Source: the human T2T-CHM13v2.0 reference genome, Homo sapiens
DNA length: 64,000 nucleotides
Assembly: GCF_009914755.1 (NCBI RefSeq)
Contig: NC_060937.1
Reading direction: 5' to 3' (one strand)
The position numbers were made by a program, and so were the translations under genes. The notes under the pieces were generated by a model. That model saw only the letters and a program-made list of their open reading frames with translations. It was not told the origin of the DNA and did no database searches. Within the stretch, counting starts at the first letter, position 1. Each line of letters opens with the position of its first letter. Below, piece by piece: positions 51,626-64,000 of the stretch.

Positions 51626-54600
51626 CTCTTTTAGTTGAGTACACACATCACAAACAAGTTTCTGAGAATGCTTCGGTCTGGCTTTTATTGGAAGACGTTT
51701 CCTTTTCACCAAAGGCATCAAAGCGCTCCAAATGTCCACTTCCAGATTCTTCCAAAAGAGTGTTTGAAACGTGCTCAAAGTAAGGGAATGTTCAACTCTG
51801 TGACTTGAATGCAGATATCACCAAGTAGTTTCTAATAGTGCTTCTGTCTAGATTTTAGATGATGATATTCCCGTTTCCAACGAAATCGTTAGAGCTATCC
51901 AAATATCCACTTACAGTTTCTACAAAAAGAGTGTTTCCAAACTGCTGCATCAAAAGAAAGGTTCAACTCTGTTAGTTGAGGACACACGTCACAAAGAAGT
52001 TTGTGAGAATGCTTCTGTCTAGATTTTGTATGACCATATTCCCTTTTCCAGCGATATCATTAAAGCAATCTAAATATCCATTTGCAGAATCCACAAAAAT
52101 AGAGTTTCAAAGCTGCTCTGTAAAAAGAAAGGTTCCACTCTGTTAGCTGAGTACACACATCACAAACTTGTTTCTCAGAATCCTTCTGTCTCGTTTTTCT
52201 GGGAAGATATTTACTTTTTCACCGTAGGCATCAAAGCGCTCCAAATGTCCACATCCAGATACTCCAGAAAGAGTGTTTCAAACCTGCTCTATGAAAGGGA
52301 ATCTTCAACTCTATGAGTTGAATGCAGACATCAGAAAGAAATTTCTGAGAATGCTGCTGTCTACCTTTTATTTGAATTCCCGCTTCCAACGAAATCCTCC
52401 AAGCTATCCAAATATCCACCTGCATTTTCCACAAAAAGAGCGTTTCAAAACTGCTCTATCAATAGAAATGTTCAACTCCTTTGGCTGGGTACACACATCA
52501 CAAACAAGTTTCTGAGAATGCTTCTGTCTAGTTTTTATGGGAAGACATTCCCTTTTTCACCAAAGGCATCAAAGCGCTCCAAATGTCCACTTCCAGACAC
52601 TACAAAAAGAGTGTTTCCAACGTGCTCTAAGAAAGCGAATGTTCAACTCTGTGACTTGAATGCAGATATCACAAAGTAGTTTCTGAGAGGGCTTCTGTCT
52701 AGATTTTAGATGATGATATTCCCGTTTCCAACGAAATCATTAGAGCTATCCAAATATCCACTTACAGTTTCTACAAAAAGAGTGTTTCCAAACTGCTGCA
52801 TCAAAAGAGAGGTTCCACTCTGTTAGCTGAGTACACACATCACAAACTTGTTTCTCAGAATCCTTCTGTCTCGTTTTTCTGGGAAGATATTTACTTTTTC
52901 ACCGTAGGCATCAAAGCGCTCCAAATGTCCACATCCAGATACTCCAGAAAGAGTGTTTCAAACCTGCTCTATGAAAGGGAATCTTCAACTCTATGAGTTG
53001 AATGCAGACATCAGAAAGAAATTTCTGAGAATGCTGCTGTCTACCTTTTATTTGAATTCCCGCTTCCAACGAAATCCTCCAAGCTATCCAAATATCCACT
53101 TGCAGATTCCACAAAAAGAGTGTTTCAAAACTGCTCTCTATCAATGGCAAAGTTCAACTCTGTTAGTTGAGGACACATATCACCAACAAGTTTCTGAGAA
53201 TGCTTCTGTCTATTTTTTATGGGAAGATATTTCCTTTTTCACCGTAGGCGTCAAGGCGATCGAAATGTCCACTTCCACAAACTACAAAAAGAGTGTTTCA
53301 AACCTGCTCTATGAAAGGCCATGTTCATCTCTATGAGTCGAATGGAAATATCCGAAAGAAATTTCTGGGAATGCTGCTGTCTAGTTTTTATACGAATTCC
53401 CGCTTCCAACGAAATCCTCAAAGCAATCCAAATATCCACTTGCAGAATCCACAAAAAGAGTGTTTCAAAACTGCTCTATCAATAGAAAGGTTCAACTCTT
53501 TTAGTTGAGTACACACATCACAAACAAGTTTCTGAGAATGCTTCTGTCTGGCTTTTATTGGAAGACGTTTCCTTTTCACCAAAGGCATCAAAGCGCTCCA
53601 AATGTCCACTTCCAGATTCTTCCAAAAGAGTGTTTGAAACGTGCTCAAAGTAAGGGAATGTTCAACTCTGTGACTTGAATGCAGATATCACCAAGTAGTT
53701 TCTAATAGTGCTTCTGTCTAGATTTTAGATGATGATATTCCCGTTTCCAACGAAATCGTTAGAGCTATCCAAATATCCACTTACAGTTGCTACAAAAACA
53801 GTGTTTCCAAACTGCTGCATCAAAAGAAAGGTTCAACTCTGTTAGTTGAGGACACACGTCACAAAGAAGTTTGTGAGAATGCTTCTGTCTAGATTTTGTA
53901 TGACGATATTCCCTTTTCCAACGATATCGTTAAAGCAATCTAAATATCCATTTGCAGAATCCACAAAAATAGAGTTTCAAAGCTGCTCTGTAAAAAGAAA
54001 GGTTCCACTCTGTTAGCTGAGTACACACATCACAAACTTGTTTCTCAGAATCCTTCTGTCTCGTTTTTCTGGGAAGATATTTACTTTTTCACCGTAGGCA
54101 TCAAAGCGCTCCAAATGTCCACATCCAGATACTCCAGAAAGAGTGTTTCAAACCTGCTCTATGAAAGGGAATCTTCAACTCTATGAGTTGAATGCAGACA
54201 TCAGAAAGAAATTTCTGAGAATGCTGCTGTCTACCTTTTATTTGAATTCCCGCTTCCAACGAAATCCTCCAAGCTATCCAAATATCCACTTGCAGATTCC
54301 ACAAAAAGAGTGTTTCAAAACTGCTCTCTATCAATGGCAAAGTTCAACTCTGTTAGTTGAGGACACATATCACCAACAAGTTTCTGAGAATGCTTCTGTC
54401 TATTTTTTATGGGAAGATATTTCCTTTTTCACCGTAGGCGTCAAGGCGATCGAAATGTCCACTTCCACAAACTACAAAAAGAGTGTTTCAAACCTGCTCT
54501 ATGAAAGGCCATGTTCATCTCTATGAGTCGAATGGAAATATCCGAAAGAAATTTCTGGGAATGCTGCTGTCTAGTTTTTATACGAATTCCCGCTTCCAAC

Positions 54601-56555
54601 GAAATCCTCAAAGCAATCCAAATATCCACTTGCAGAATCCACAAAAAGAGTGTTTCAAAACTGCTCTATCAATAGAAAGGTTCAACTCTTTTAGTTGAGT
54701 ACACACATCACAAACAAGTTTCTGAGAATGCTTCGGTCTGGCTTTTATTGGAAGACGTTTCCTTTTCACCAAAGGCATCAAAGCGCTCCAAATGTCCACT
54801 TCCAGATTCTTCCAAAAGAGTGTTTGAAACGTGCTCAAAGTAAGGGAATGTTCAACTCTGTGACTTGAATGCAGATATCACCAAGTAGTTTCTAATAGTG
54901 CTTCTGTCTAGATTTTAGATGATGATATTCCCGTTTCCAACGAAATCGTTAGAGCTATCCAAATATCCACTTACAGTTTCTACAAAAAGAGTGTTTCCAA
55001 ACTGCTGCATCAAAAGAAAGGTTCAACTCTGTTAGTTGAGGACACACGTCACAAAGAAGTTTGTGAGAATGCTTCTGTCTAGATTTTGTATGACCATATT
55101 CCCTTTTCCAGCGATATCATTAAAGCAATCTAAATATCCATTTGCAGAATCCACAAAAATAGAGTTTCAAAGCTGCTCTGTAAAAAGAAAGGTTCCACTC
55201 TGTTAGCTGAGTACACACATCACAAACTTGTTTCTCAGAATCCTTCTGTCTCGTTTTTCTGGGAAGATATTTACTTTTTCACCGTAGGCATCAAAGCGCT
55301 CCAAATGTCCACATCCAGATACTCCAGAAAGAGTGTTTCAAACCTGCTCTATGAAAGGGAATCTTCAACTCTATGAGTTGAATGCAGACATCAGAAAGAA
55401 ATTTCTGAGAATGCTGCTGTCTACCTTTTATTTGAATTCCCGCTTCCAACGAAATCCTCCAAGCTATCCAAATATCCACCTGCATTTTCCACAAAAAGAG
55501 CGTTTCAAAACTGCTCTATCAATAGAAATGTTCAACTCCTTTGGCTGGGTACACACATCACAAACAAGTTTCTGAGAATGCTTCTGTCTAGTTTTTATGG
55601 GAAGACATTCCCTTTTTCACCAAAGGCATCAAAGCGCTCCAAATGTCCACTTCCAGACACTACAAAAAGAGTGTTTCCAACGTGCTCTAAGAAAGCGAAT
55701 GTTCAACTCTGTGACTTGAATGCAGATATCACAAAGTAGTTTCTGAGAGGGCTTCTGTCTAGATTTTAGATGATGATATTCCCGTTTCCAACGAAATCAT
55801 TAGAGCTATCCAAATATCCACTTACAGTTTCTACAAAAAGAGTGTTTCCAAACTGCTGCATCAAAAGAGAGGTTCCACTCTGTTAGCTGAGTACACACAT
55901 CACAAACTTGTTTCTCAGAATCCTTCTGTCTCGTTTTTCTGGGAAGATATTTACTTTTTCACCGTAGGCATCAAAGCGCTCCAAATGTCCACATCCAGAT
56001 ACTCCAGAAAGAGTGTTTCAAACCTGCTCTATGAAAGGGAATCTTCAACTCTATGAGTTGAATGCAGACATCAGAAAGAAATTTCTGAGAATGCTGCTGT
56101 CTACCTTTTATTTGAATTCCCGCTTCCAACGAAATCCTCCAAGCTATCCAAATATCCACTTGCAGATTCCACAAAAAGAGTGTTTCAAAACTGCTCTCTA
56201 TCAATGGCAAAGTTCAACTCTGTTAGTTGAGGACACATATCACCAACAAGTTTCTGAGAATGCTTCTGTCTATTTTTTATGGGAAGATATTTCCTTTTTC
56301 ACCGTAGGCGTCAAGGCGATCGAAATGTCCACTTCCACAAACTACAAAAAGAGTGTTTCAAACCTGCTCTATGAAAGGCCATGTTCATCTCTATGAGTCG
56401 AATGGAAATATCCGAAAGAAATTTCTGGGAATGCTGCTGTCTAGTTTTTATACGAATTCCCGCTTCCAACGAAATCCTCAAAGCAATCCAAATATCCACT
56501 TGCAGAATCCACAAAAAGAGTGTTTCAAAACTGCTCTATCAATAGAAAGGTTCAA
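51626..56555 (-). repeat. 11-7-11 island inside the 7-mer domain
   Basis: Units 51626-53495 (1870 bp), 53496-54685 (1190 bp) and 54686-56555 (1870 bp). Confidence 0.95.
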
Positions 56556-59500
56556 CTCTTTTAGTTGAGTACACACATCACAAACAAGTTTCTGAGAATG
56601 CTTCTGTCTGGCTTTTATTGGAAGACGTTTCCTTTTCACCAAAGGCATCAAAGCGCTCCAAATGTCCACTTCCAGATTCTTCCAAAAGAGTGTTTGAAAC
56701 GTGCTCAAAGTAAGGGAATGTTCAACTCTGTGACTTGAATGCAGATATCACCAAGTAGTTTCTAATAGTGCTTCTGTCTAGATTTTAGATGATGATATTC
56801 CCGTTTCCAACGAAATCGTTAGAGCTATCCAAATATCCACTTACAGTTGCTACAAAAACAGTGTTTCCAAACTGCTGCATCAAAAGAAAGGTTCAACTCT
56901 GTTAGTTGAGGACACACGTCACAAAGAAGTTTGTGAGAATGCTTCTGTCTAGATTTTGTATGACGATATTCCCTTTTCCAACGATATCATTAAAGCAATC
57001 TAAATATCCATTTGCAGAATCCACAAAAATAGAGTTTCAAAGCTGCTCTGTAAAAAGAAAGGTTCCACTCTGTTAGCTGAGTACACACATCACAAACTTG
57101 TTTCTCAGAATCCTTCTGTCTCGTTTTTATGGGAAGATATTTACTTTTTCACCGTAGGCATCAAAGCGCTCCAAATGTCCACATCCAGATACTCCAGAAA
57201 GAGTGTTTCAAACCTGCTCTATGAAAGGGAATCTTCAACTCTATGAGTTGAATGCAGACATCAGAAAGAAATTTCTGAGAATGCTGCTGTCTACCTTTTA
57301 TTTGAATTCCCGCTTCCAACGAAATCCTCCAAGCTATCCAAATATCCACTTGCAGATTCCACAAAAAGAGTGTTTCAAAACTGCTCTCTATCAATGGCAA
57401 AGTTCAACTCTGTTAGTTGAGGACACATATCACCAACAAGTTTCTGAGAATGCTTCTGTCTATTTTTTATGGGAAGATATTTCCTTTTTCACCGTAGGCG
57501 TCAAGGCGATCGAAATGTCCACTTCCACAAACTACAAAAAGAGTGTTTCAAACCTGCTCTATGAAAGGCCATGTTCATCTCTATGAGTCGAATGGAAATA
57601 TCCGAAAGAAATTTCTGGGAATGCTGCTGTCTAGTTTTTATACGAATTCCCGCTTCCAACGAAATCCTCAAAGCAATCCAAATATCCACTTGCAGAATCC
57701 ACAAAAAGAGTGTTTCAAAACTGCTCTATCAATAGAAAGGTTCAACTCTTTTAGTTGAGTACACACATCACAAACAAGTTTCTGAGAATGCTTCTGTCTG
57801 GCTTTTATTGGAAGACGTTTCCTTTTCACCAAAGGCATCAAAGCGCTCCAAATGTCCACTTCCAGATTCTTCCAAAAGAGTGTTTGAAACGTGCTCAAAG
57901 TAAGGGAATGTTCAACTCTGTGACTTGAATGCAGATATCACCAAGTAGTTTCTAATAGTGCTTCTGTCTAGATTTTAGATGATGATATTCCCGTTTCCAA
58001 CGAAATCGTTAGAGCTATCCAAATATCCACTTACAGTTGCTACAAAAACAGTGTTTCCAAACTGCTGCATCAAAAGAAAGGTTCAACTCTGTTAGTTGAG
58101 GACACACGTCACAAAGAAGTTTGTGAGAATGCTTCTGTCTAGATTTTGTATGACGATATTCCCTTTTCCAACGATATCGTTAAAGCAATCTAAATATCCA
58201 TTTGCAGAATCCACAAAAATAGAGTTTCAAAGCTGCTCTGTAAAAAGAAAGGTTCCACTCTGTTAGCTGAGTACACACATCACAAACTTGTTTCTCAGAA
58301 TCCTTCTGTCTCGTTTTTCTGGGAAGATATTTACTTTTTCACCGTAGGCATCAAAGCGCTCCAAATGTCCACATCCAGATACTCCAGAAAGAGTGTTTCA
58401 AACCTGCTCTATGAAAGGGAATCTTCAACTCTATGAGTTGAATGCAGACATCAGAAAGAAATTTCTGAGAATGCTGCTGTCTACCTTTTATTTGAATTCC
58501 CGCTTCCAACGAAATCCTCCAAGCTATCCAAATATCCACTTGCAGATTCCACAAAAAGAGTGTTTCAAAACTGCTCTCTATCAATGGCAAAGTTCAACTC
58601 TGTTAGTTGAGGACACATATCACCAACAAGTTTCTGAGAATGCTTCTGTCTATTTTTTATGGGAAGATATTTCCTTTTTCACCGTAGGCGTCAAGGCGAT
58701 CGAAATGTCCACTTCCACAAACTACAAAAAGAGTGTTTCAAACCTGCTCTATGAAAGGCCATGTTCATCTCTATGAGTCGAATGGAAATATCCGAAAGAA
58801 ATTTCTGGGAATGCTGCTGTCTAGTTTTTATACGAATTCCCGCTTCCAACGAAATCCTCAAAGCAATCCAAATATCCACTTGCAGAATCCACAAAAAGAG
58901 TGTTTCAAAACTGCTCTATCAATAGAAAGGTTCAACTCTTTTAGTTGAGTACACACATCACAAACAAGTTTCTGAGAATGCTTCTGTCTGGCTTTTATTG
59001 GAAGACGTTTCCTTTTCACCAAAGGCATCAAAGCGCTCCAAATGTCCACTTCCAGATTCTTCCAAAAGAGTGTTTGAAACGTGCTCAAAGTAAGGGAATG
59101 TTCAACTCTGTGACTTGAATGCAGATATCACCAAGTAGTTTCTAATAGTGCTTCTGTCTAGATTTTAGATGATGATATTCCCGTTTCCAACGAAATCGTT
59201 AGAGCTATCCAAATATCCACTTACAGTTGCTACAAAAACAGTGTTTCCAAACTGCTGCATCAAAAGAAAGGTTCAACTCTGTTAGTTGAGGACACACGTC
59301 ACAAAGAAGTTTGTGAGAATGCTTCTGTCTAGATTTTGTATGACGATATTCCCTTTTCCAACGATATCGTTAAAGCAATCTAAATATCCATTTGCAGAAT
59401 CCACAAAAATAGAGTTTCAAAGCTGCTCTGTAAAAAGAAAGGTTCCACTCTGTTAGCTGAGTACACACATCACAAACTTGTTTCTCAGAATCCTTCTGTC

Positions 59501-62500
59501 TCGTTTTTCTGGGAAGATATTTACTTTTTCACCGTAGGCATCAAAGCGCTCCAAATGTCCACATCCAGATACTCCAGAAAGAGTGTTTCAAACCTGCTCT
59601 ATGAAAGGGAATCTTCAACTCTATGAGTTGAATGCAGACATCAGAAAGAAATTTCTGAGAATGCTGCTGTCTACCTTTTATTTGAATTCCCGCTTCCAAC
59701 GAAATCCTCCAAGCTATCCAAATATCCACTTGCAGATTCCACAAAAAGAGTGTTTCAAAACTGCTCTCTATCAATGGCAAAGTTCAACTCTGTTAGTTGA
59801 GGACACATATCACCAACAAGTTTCTGAGAATGCTTCTGTCTATTTTTTATGGGAAGATATTTCCTTTTTCACCGTAGGCGTCAAGGCGATCGAAATGTCC
59901 ACTTCCACAAACTACAAAAAGAGTGTTTCAAACCTGCTCTATGAAAGGCCATGTTCATCTCTATGAGTCGAATGGAAATATCCGAAAGAAATTTCTGGGA
60001 ATGCTGCTGTCTAGTTTTTATACGAATTCCCGCTTCCAACGAAATCCTCAAAGCAATCCAAATATCCACTTGCAGAATCCACAAAAAGAGTGTTTCAAAA
60101 CTGCTCTATCAATAGAAAGGTTCAACTCTTTTAGTTGAGTACACACATCACAAACAAGTTTCTGAGAATGCTTCTGTCTGGCTTTTATTGGAAGACGTTT
60201 CCTTTTCACCAAAGGCATCAAAGCGCTCCAAATGTCCACTTCCAGATTCTTCCAAAAGAGTGTTTGAAACGTGCTCAAAGTAAGGGAATGTTCAACTCTG
60301 TGACTTGAATGCAGATATCACCAAGTAGTTTCTAATAGTGCTTCTGTCTAGATTTTAGATGATGATATTCCCGTTTCCAACGAAATCGTTAGAGCTATCC
60401 AAATATCCACTTACAGTTGCTACAAAAACAGTGTTTCCAAACTGCTGCATCAAAAGAAAGGTTCAACTCTGTTAGTTGAGGACACACGTCACAAAGAAGT
60501 TTGTGAGAATGCTTCTGTCTAGATTTTGTATGACGATATTCCCTTTTCCAACGATATCGTTAAAGCAATCTAAATATCCATTTGCAGAATCCACAAAAAT
60601 AGAGTTTCAAAGCTGCTCTGTAAAAAGAAAGGTTCCACTCTGTTAGCTGAGTACACACATCACAAACTTGTTTCTCAGAATCCTTCTGTCTCGTTTTTCT
60701 GGGAAGATATTTACTTTTTCACCGTAGGCATCAAAGCGCTCCAAATGTCCACATCCAGATACTCCAGAAAGAGTGTTTCAAACCTGCTCTATGAAAGGGA
60801 ATCTTCAACTCTATGAGTTGAATGCAGACATCAGAAAGAAATTTCTGAGAATGCTGCTGTCTACCTTTTATTTGAATTCCCGCTTCCAACGAAATCCTCC
60901 AAGCTATCCAAATATCCACTTGCAGATTCCACAAAAAGAGTGTTTCAAAACTGCTCTCTATCAATGGCAAAGTTCAACTCTGTTAGTTGAGGACACATAT
61001 CACCAACAAGTTTCTGAGAATGCTTCTGTCTATTTTTTATGGGAAGATATTTCCTTTTTCACCGTAGGCGTCAAGGCGATCGAAATGTCCACTTCCACAA
61101 ACTACAAAAAGAGTGTTTCAAACCTGCTCTATGAAAGGCCATGTTCATCTCTATGAGTCGAATGGAAATATCCGAAAGAAATTTCTGGGAATGCTGCTGT
61201 CTAGTTTTTATACGAATTCCCGCTTCCAACGAAATCCTCAAAGCAATCCAAATATCCACTTGCAGAATCCACAAAAAGAGTGTTTCAAAACTGCTCTATC
61301 AATAGAAAGGTTCAACTCTTTTAGTTGAGTACACACATCACAAACAAGTTTCTGAGAATGCTTCTGTCTGGCTTTTATTGGAAGACGTTTCCTTTTCACC
61401 AAAGGCATCAAAGCGCTCCAAATGTCCACTTCCAGATTCTTCCAAAAGAGTGTTTGAAACGTGCTCAAAGTAAGGGAATGTTCAACTCTGTGACTTGAAT
61501 GCAGATATCACCAAGTAGTTTCTAATAGTGCTTCTGTCTAGATTTTAGATGATGATATTCCCGTTTCCAACGAAATCGTTAGAGCTATCCAAATATCCAC
61601 TTACAGTTGCTACAAAAACAGTGTTTCCAAACTGCTGCATCAAAAGAAAGGTTCAACTCTGTTAGTTGAGGACACACGTCACAAAGAAGTTTGTGAGAAT
61701 GCTTCTGTCTAGATTTTGTATGACGATATTCCCTTTTCCAACGATATCGTTAAAGCAATCTAAATATCCATTTGCAGAATCCACAAAAATAGAGTTTCAA
61801 AGCTGCTCTGTAAAAAGAAAGGTTCCACTCTGTTAGCTGAGTACACACATCACAAACTTGTTTCTCAGAATCCTTCTGTCTCGTTTTTCTGGGAAGATAT
61901 TTACTTTTTCACCGTAGGCATCAAAGCGCTCCAAATGTCCACATCCAGATACTCCAGAAAGAGTGTTTCAAACCTGCTCTATGAAAGGGAATCTTCAACT
62001 CTATGAGTTGAATGCAGACATCAGAAAGAAATTTCTGAGAATGCTGCTGTCTACCTTTTATTTGAATTCCCGCTTCCAACGAAATCCTCCAAGCTATCCA
62101 AATATCCACTTGCAGATTCCACAAAAAGAGTGTTTCAAAACTGCTCTCTATCAATGGCAAAGTTCAACTCTGTTAGTTGAGGACACATATCACCAACAAG
62201 TTTCTGAGAATGCTTCTGTCTATTTTTTATGGGAAGATATTTCCTTTTTCACCGTAGGCGTCAAGGCGATCGAAATGTCCACTTCCACAAACTACAAAAA
62301 GAGTGTTTCAAACCTGCTCTATGAAAGGCCATGTTCATCTCTATGAGTCGAATGGAAATATCCGAAAGAAATTTCTGGGAATGCTGCTGTCTAGTTTTTA
62401 TACGAATTCCCGCTTCCAACGAAATCCTCAAAGCAATCCAAATATCCACTTGCAGAATCCACAAAAAGAGTGTTTCAAAACTGCTCTATCAATAGAAAGG

Positions 62501-64000
62501 TTCAACTCTTTTAGTTGAGTACACACATCACAAACAAGTTTCTGAGAATGCTTCTGTCTGGCTTTTATTGGAAGACGTTTCCTTTTCACCAAAGGCATCA
62601 AAGCGCTCCAAATGTCCACTTCCAGATTCTTCCAAAAGAGTGTTTGAAACGTGCTCAAAGTAAGGGAATGTTCAACTCTGTGACTTGAATGCAGATATCA
62701 CCAAGTAGTTTCTAATAGTGCTTCTGTCTAGATTTTAGATGATGATATTCCCGTTTCCAACGAAATCGTTAGAGCTATCCAAATATCCACTTACAGTTGC
62801 TACAAAAACAGTGTTTCCAAACTGCTGCATCAAAAGAAAGGTTCAACTCTGTTAGTTGAGGACACACGTCACAAAGAAGTTTGTGAGAATGCTTCTGTCT
62901 AGATTTTGTATGACGATATTCCCTTTTCCAACGATATCGTTAAAGCAATCTAAATATCCATTTGCAGAATCCACAAAAATAGAGTTTCAAAGCTGCTCTG
63001 TAAAAAGAAAGGTTCCACTCTGTTAGCTGAGTACACACATCACAAACTTGTTTCTCAGAATCCTTCTGTCTCGTTTTTCTGGGAAGATATTTACTTTTTC
63101 ACCGTAGGCATCAAAGCGCTCCAAATGTCCACATCCAGATACTCCAGAAAGAGTGTTTCAAACCTGCTCTATGAAAGGGAATCTTCAACTCTATGAGTTG
63201 AATGCAGACATCAGAAAGAAATTTCTGAGAATGCTGCTGTCTACCTTTTATTTGAATTCCCGCTTCCAACGAAATCCTCCAAGCTATCCAAATATCCACT
63301 TGCAGATTCCACAAAAAGAGTGTTTCAAAACTGCTCTCTATCAATGGCAAAGTTCAACTCTGTTAGTTGAGGACACATATCACCAACAAGTTTCTGAGAA
63401 TGCTTCTGTCTATTTTTTATGGGAAGATATTTCCTTTTTCACCGTAGGCGTCAAGGCGATCGAAATGTCCACTTCCACAAACTACAAAAAGAGTGTTTCA
63501 AACCTGCTCTATGAAAGGCCATGTTCATCTCTATGAGTCGAATGGAAATATCCGAAAGAAATTTCTGGGAATGCTGCTGTCTAGTTTTTATACGAATTCC
63601 CGCTTCCAACGAAATCCTCAAAGCAATCCAAATATCCACTTGCAGAATCCACAAAAAGAGTGTTTCAAAACTGCTCTATCAATAGAAAGGTTCAACTCTT
63701 TTAGTTGAGTACACACATCACAAACAAGTTTCTGAGAATGCTTCTGTCTGGCTTTTATTGGAAGACGTTTCCTTTTCACCAAAGGCATCAAAGCACTCCA
63801 AATGTCCACTTCCAGATTCTTCCAAAAGAGTGTTTGAAACGTGCTCAAAGTAAGGGAATGTTCAACTCTGTGACTTGAATGCAGATATCACCAAGTAGTT
63901 TCTAATAGTGCTTCTGTCTAGATTTTAGATGATGATATTCCCGTTTCCAACGAAATCGTTAGAGCTATCCAAATATCCACTTACAGTTGCTACAAAAAGA
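56556..64000 (-). repeat. 7-mer HOR run (6 complete units plus a partial unit)
   Basis: 1190-bp period to the end of the window. Confidence 0.95.

Larger units (their letters stand above)
1..64000 (-). repeat. Alpha satellite HOR array (active-type centromeric), SF2, likely D13Z1/D21Z1 family (S2C13/21H1L), probably chr13
   Basis: Continuous ~171-bp monomers with near-identical 1870- and 1190-bp higher-order periods. CENP-B boxes mostly alternate with pJalpha-type boxes. The reverse complement near 1430 (aattcaaataaaaggtagacagcagcattctcagaaatttc...) matches my recollection of alphaRI-680/alpha21-I. Alpha satellite identity is certain; the chromosome assignment is from memory (about 0.75). 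Confidence 0.98.

Noticed and set aside
606-63848. Hundreds of 61-127 aa ORFs on both strands (e.g. the 127-aa ORF at 1328-1711)
   Set aside because: They recur with the HOR period, overlap on opposite strands, often begin at non-ATG codons (e.g. gtg at 648 and 1328) and show no recognisable domain. They are chance open frames in satellite DNA.
1-64000. CRISPR-like array or a novel prokaryotic repeat system
   Set aside because: There are no unique spacers and no cas or other genes. The 171-bp monomers with CENP-B boxes identify primate alpha satellite.
1-64000. Alu/L1 insertion, inversion or non-satellite island
   Set aside because: Every anchor spacing is accounted for by 1190, 1173, 1530, 1868 or 1870 bp. 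All boxes seen share one orientation, and there are no poly(A) tails or target-site duplications.
1-64000. Assignment to D8Z2 or D9Z4, which are also SF2 arrays with 7-/11-mers
   Set aside because: The monomer sequence and the 680-bp EcoRI unit fit my recollection of the chr13/21 family better. This is not excluded without alignment to T2T HOR consensus sequences.

Overview
The whole 64 kb window is human-type centromeric alpha satellite (~171-bp monomers) in one uninterrupted, single-orientation higher-order repeat (HOR) array. CENP-B boxes read on the minus strand. I see no genes, transposons or unique sequence, and every ORF in the track is a by-product of the repeat. Phasing units at 'ctcttttagt' (position 1) gives 47 complete HORs plus a partial one: 11 eleven-mers (1870 bp; two are 1868 bp), 35 seven-mers (1190 bp; three are 1173 bp from a shared 17-bp deletion) and one 9-mer (1530 bp). 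From memory the sequence matches the SF2 chr13/21 family (D13Z1/D21Z1, alphaRI-680). The abundance of 7-mers favours D13Z1, but this is unverified. The window crosses from an 11-mer-rich mixed domain (1-20396) into a very homogeneous 7-mer domain. I found no new gene system. What is interesting is the record of array evolution: nested multi-HOR duplications (8668, 3060 and 6290 bp), an out-of-register recombination junction, a HOR-type-linked SNP haplotype that changes CpG and dyad content, and apparent sequence exchange between internal paralogous monomers. Variants were read by eye, so some may be missed.
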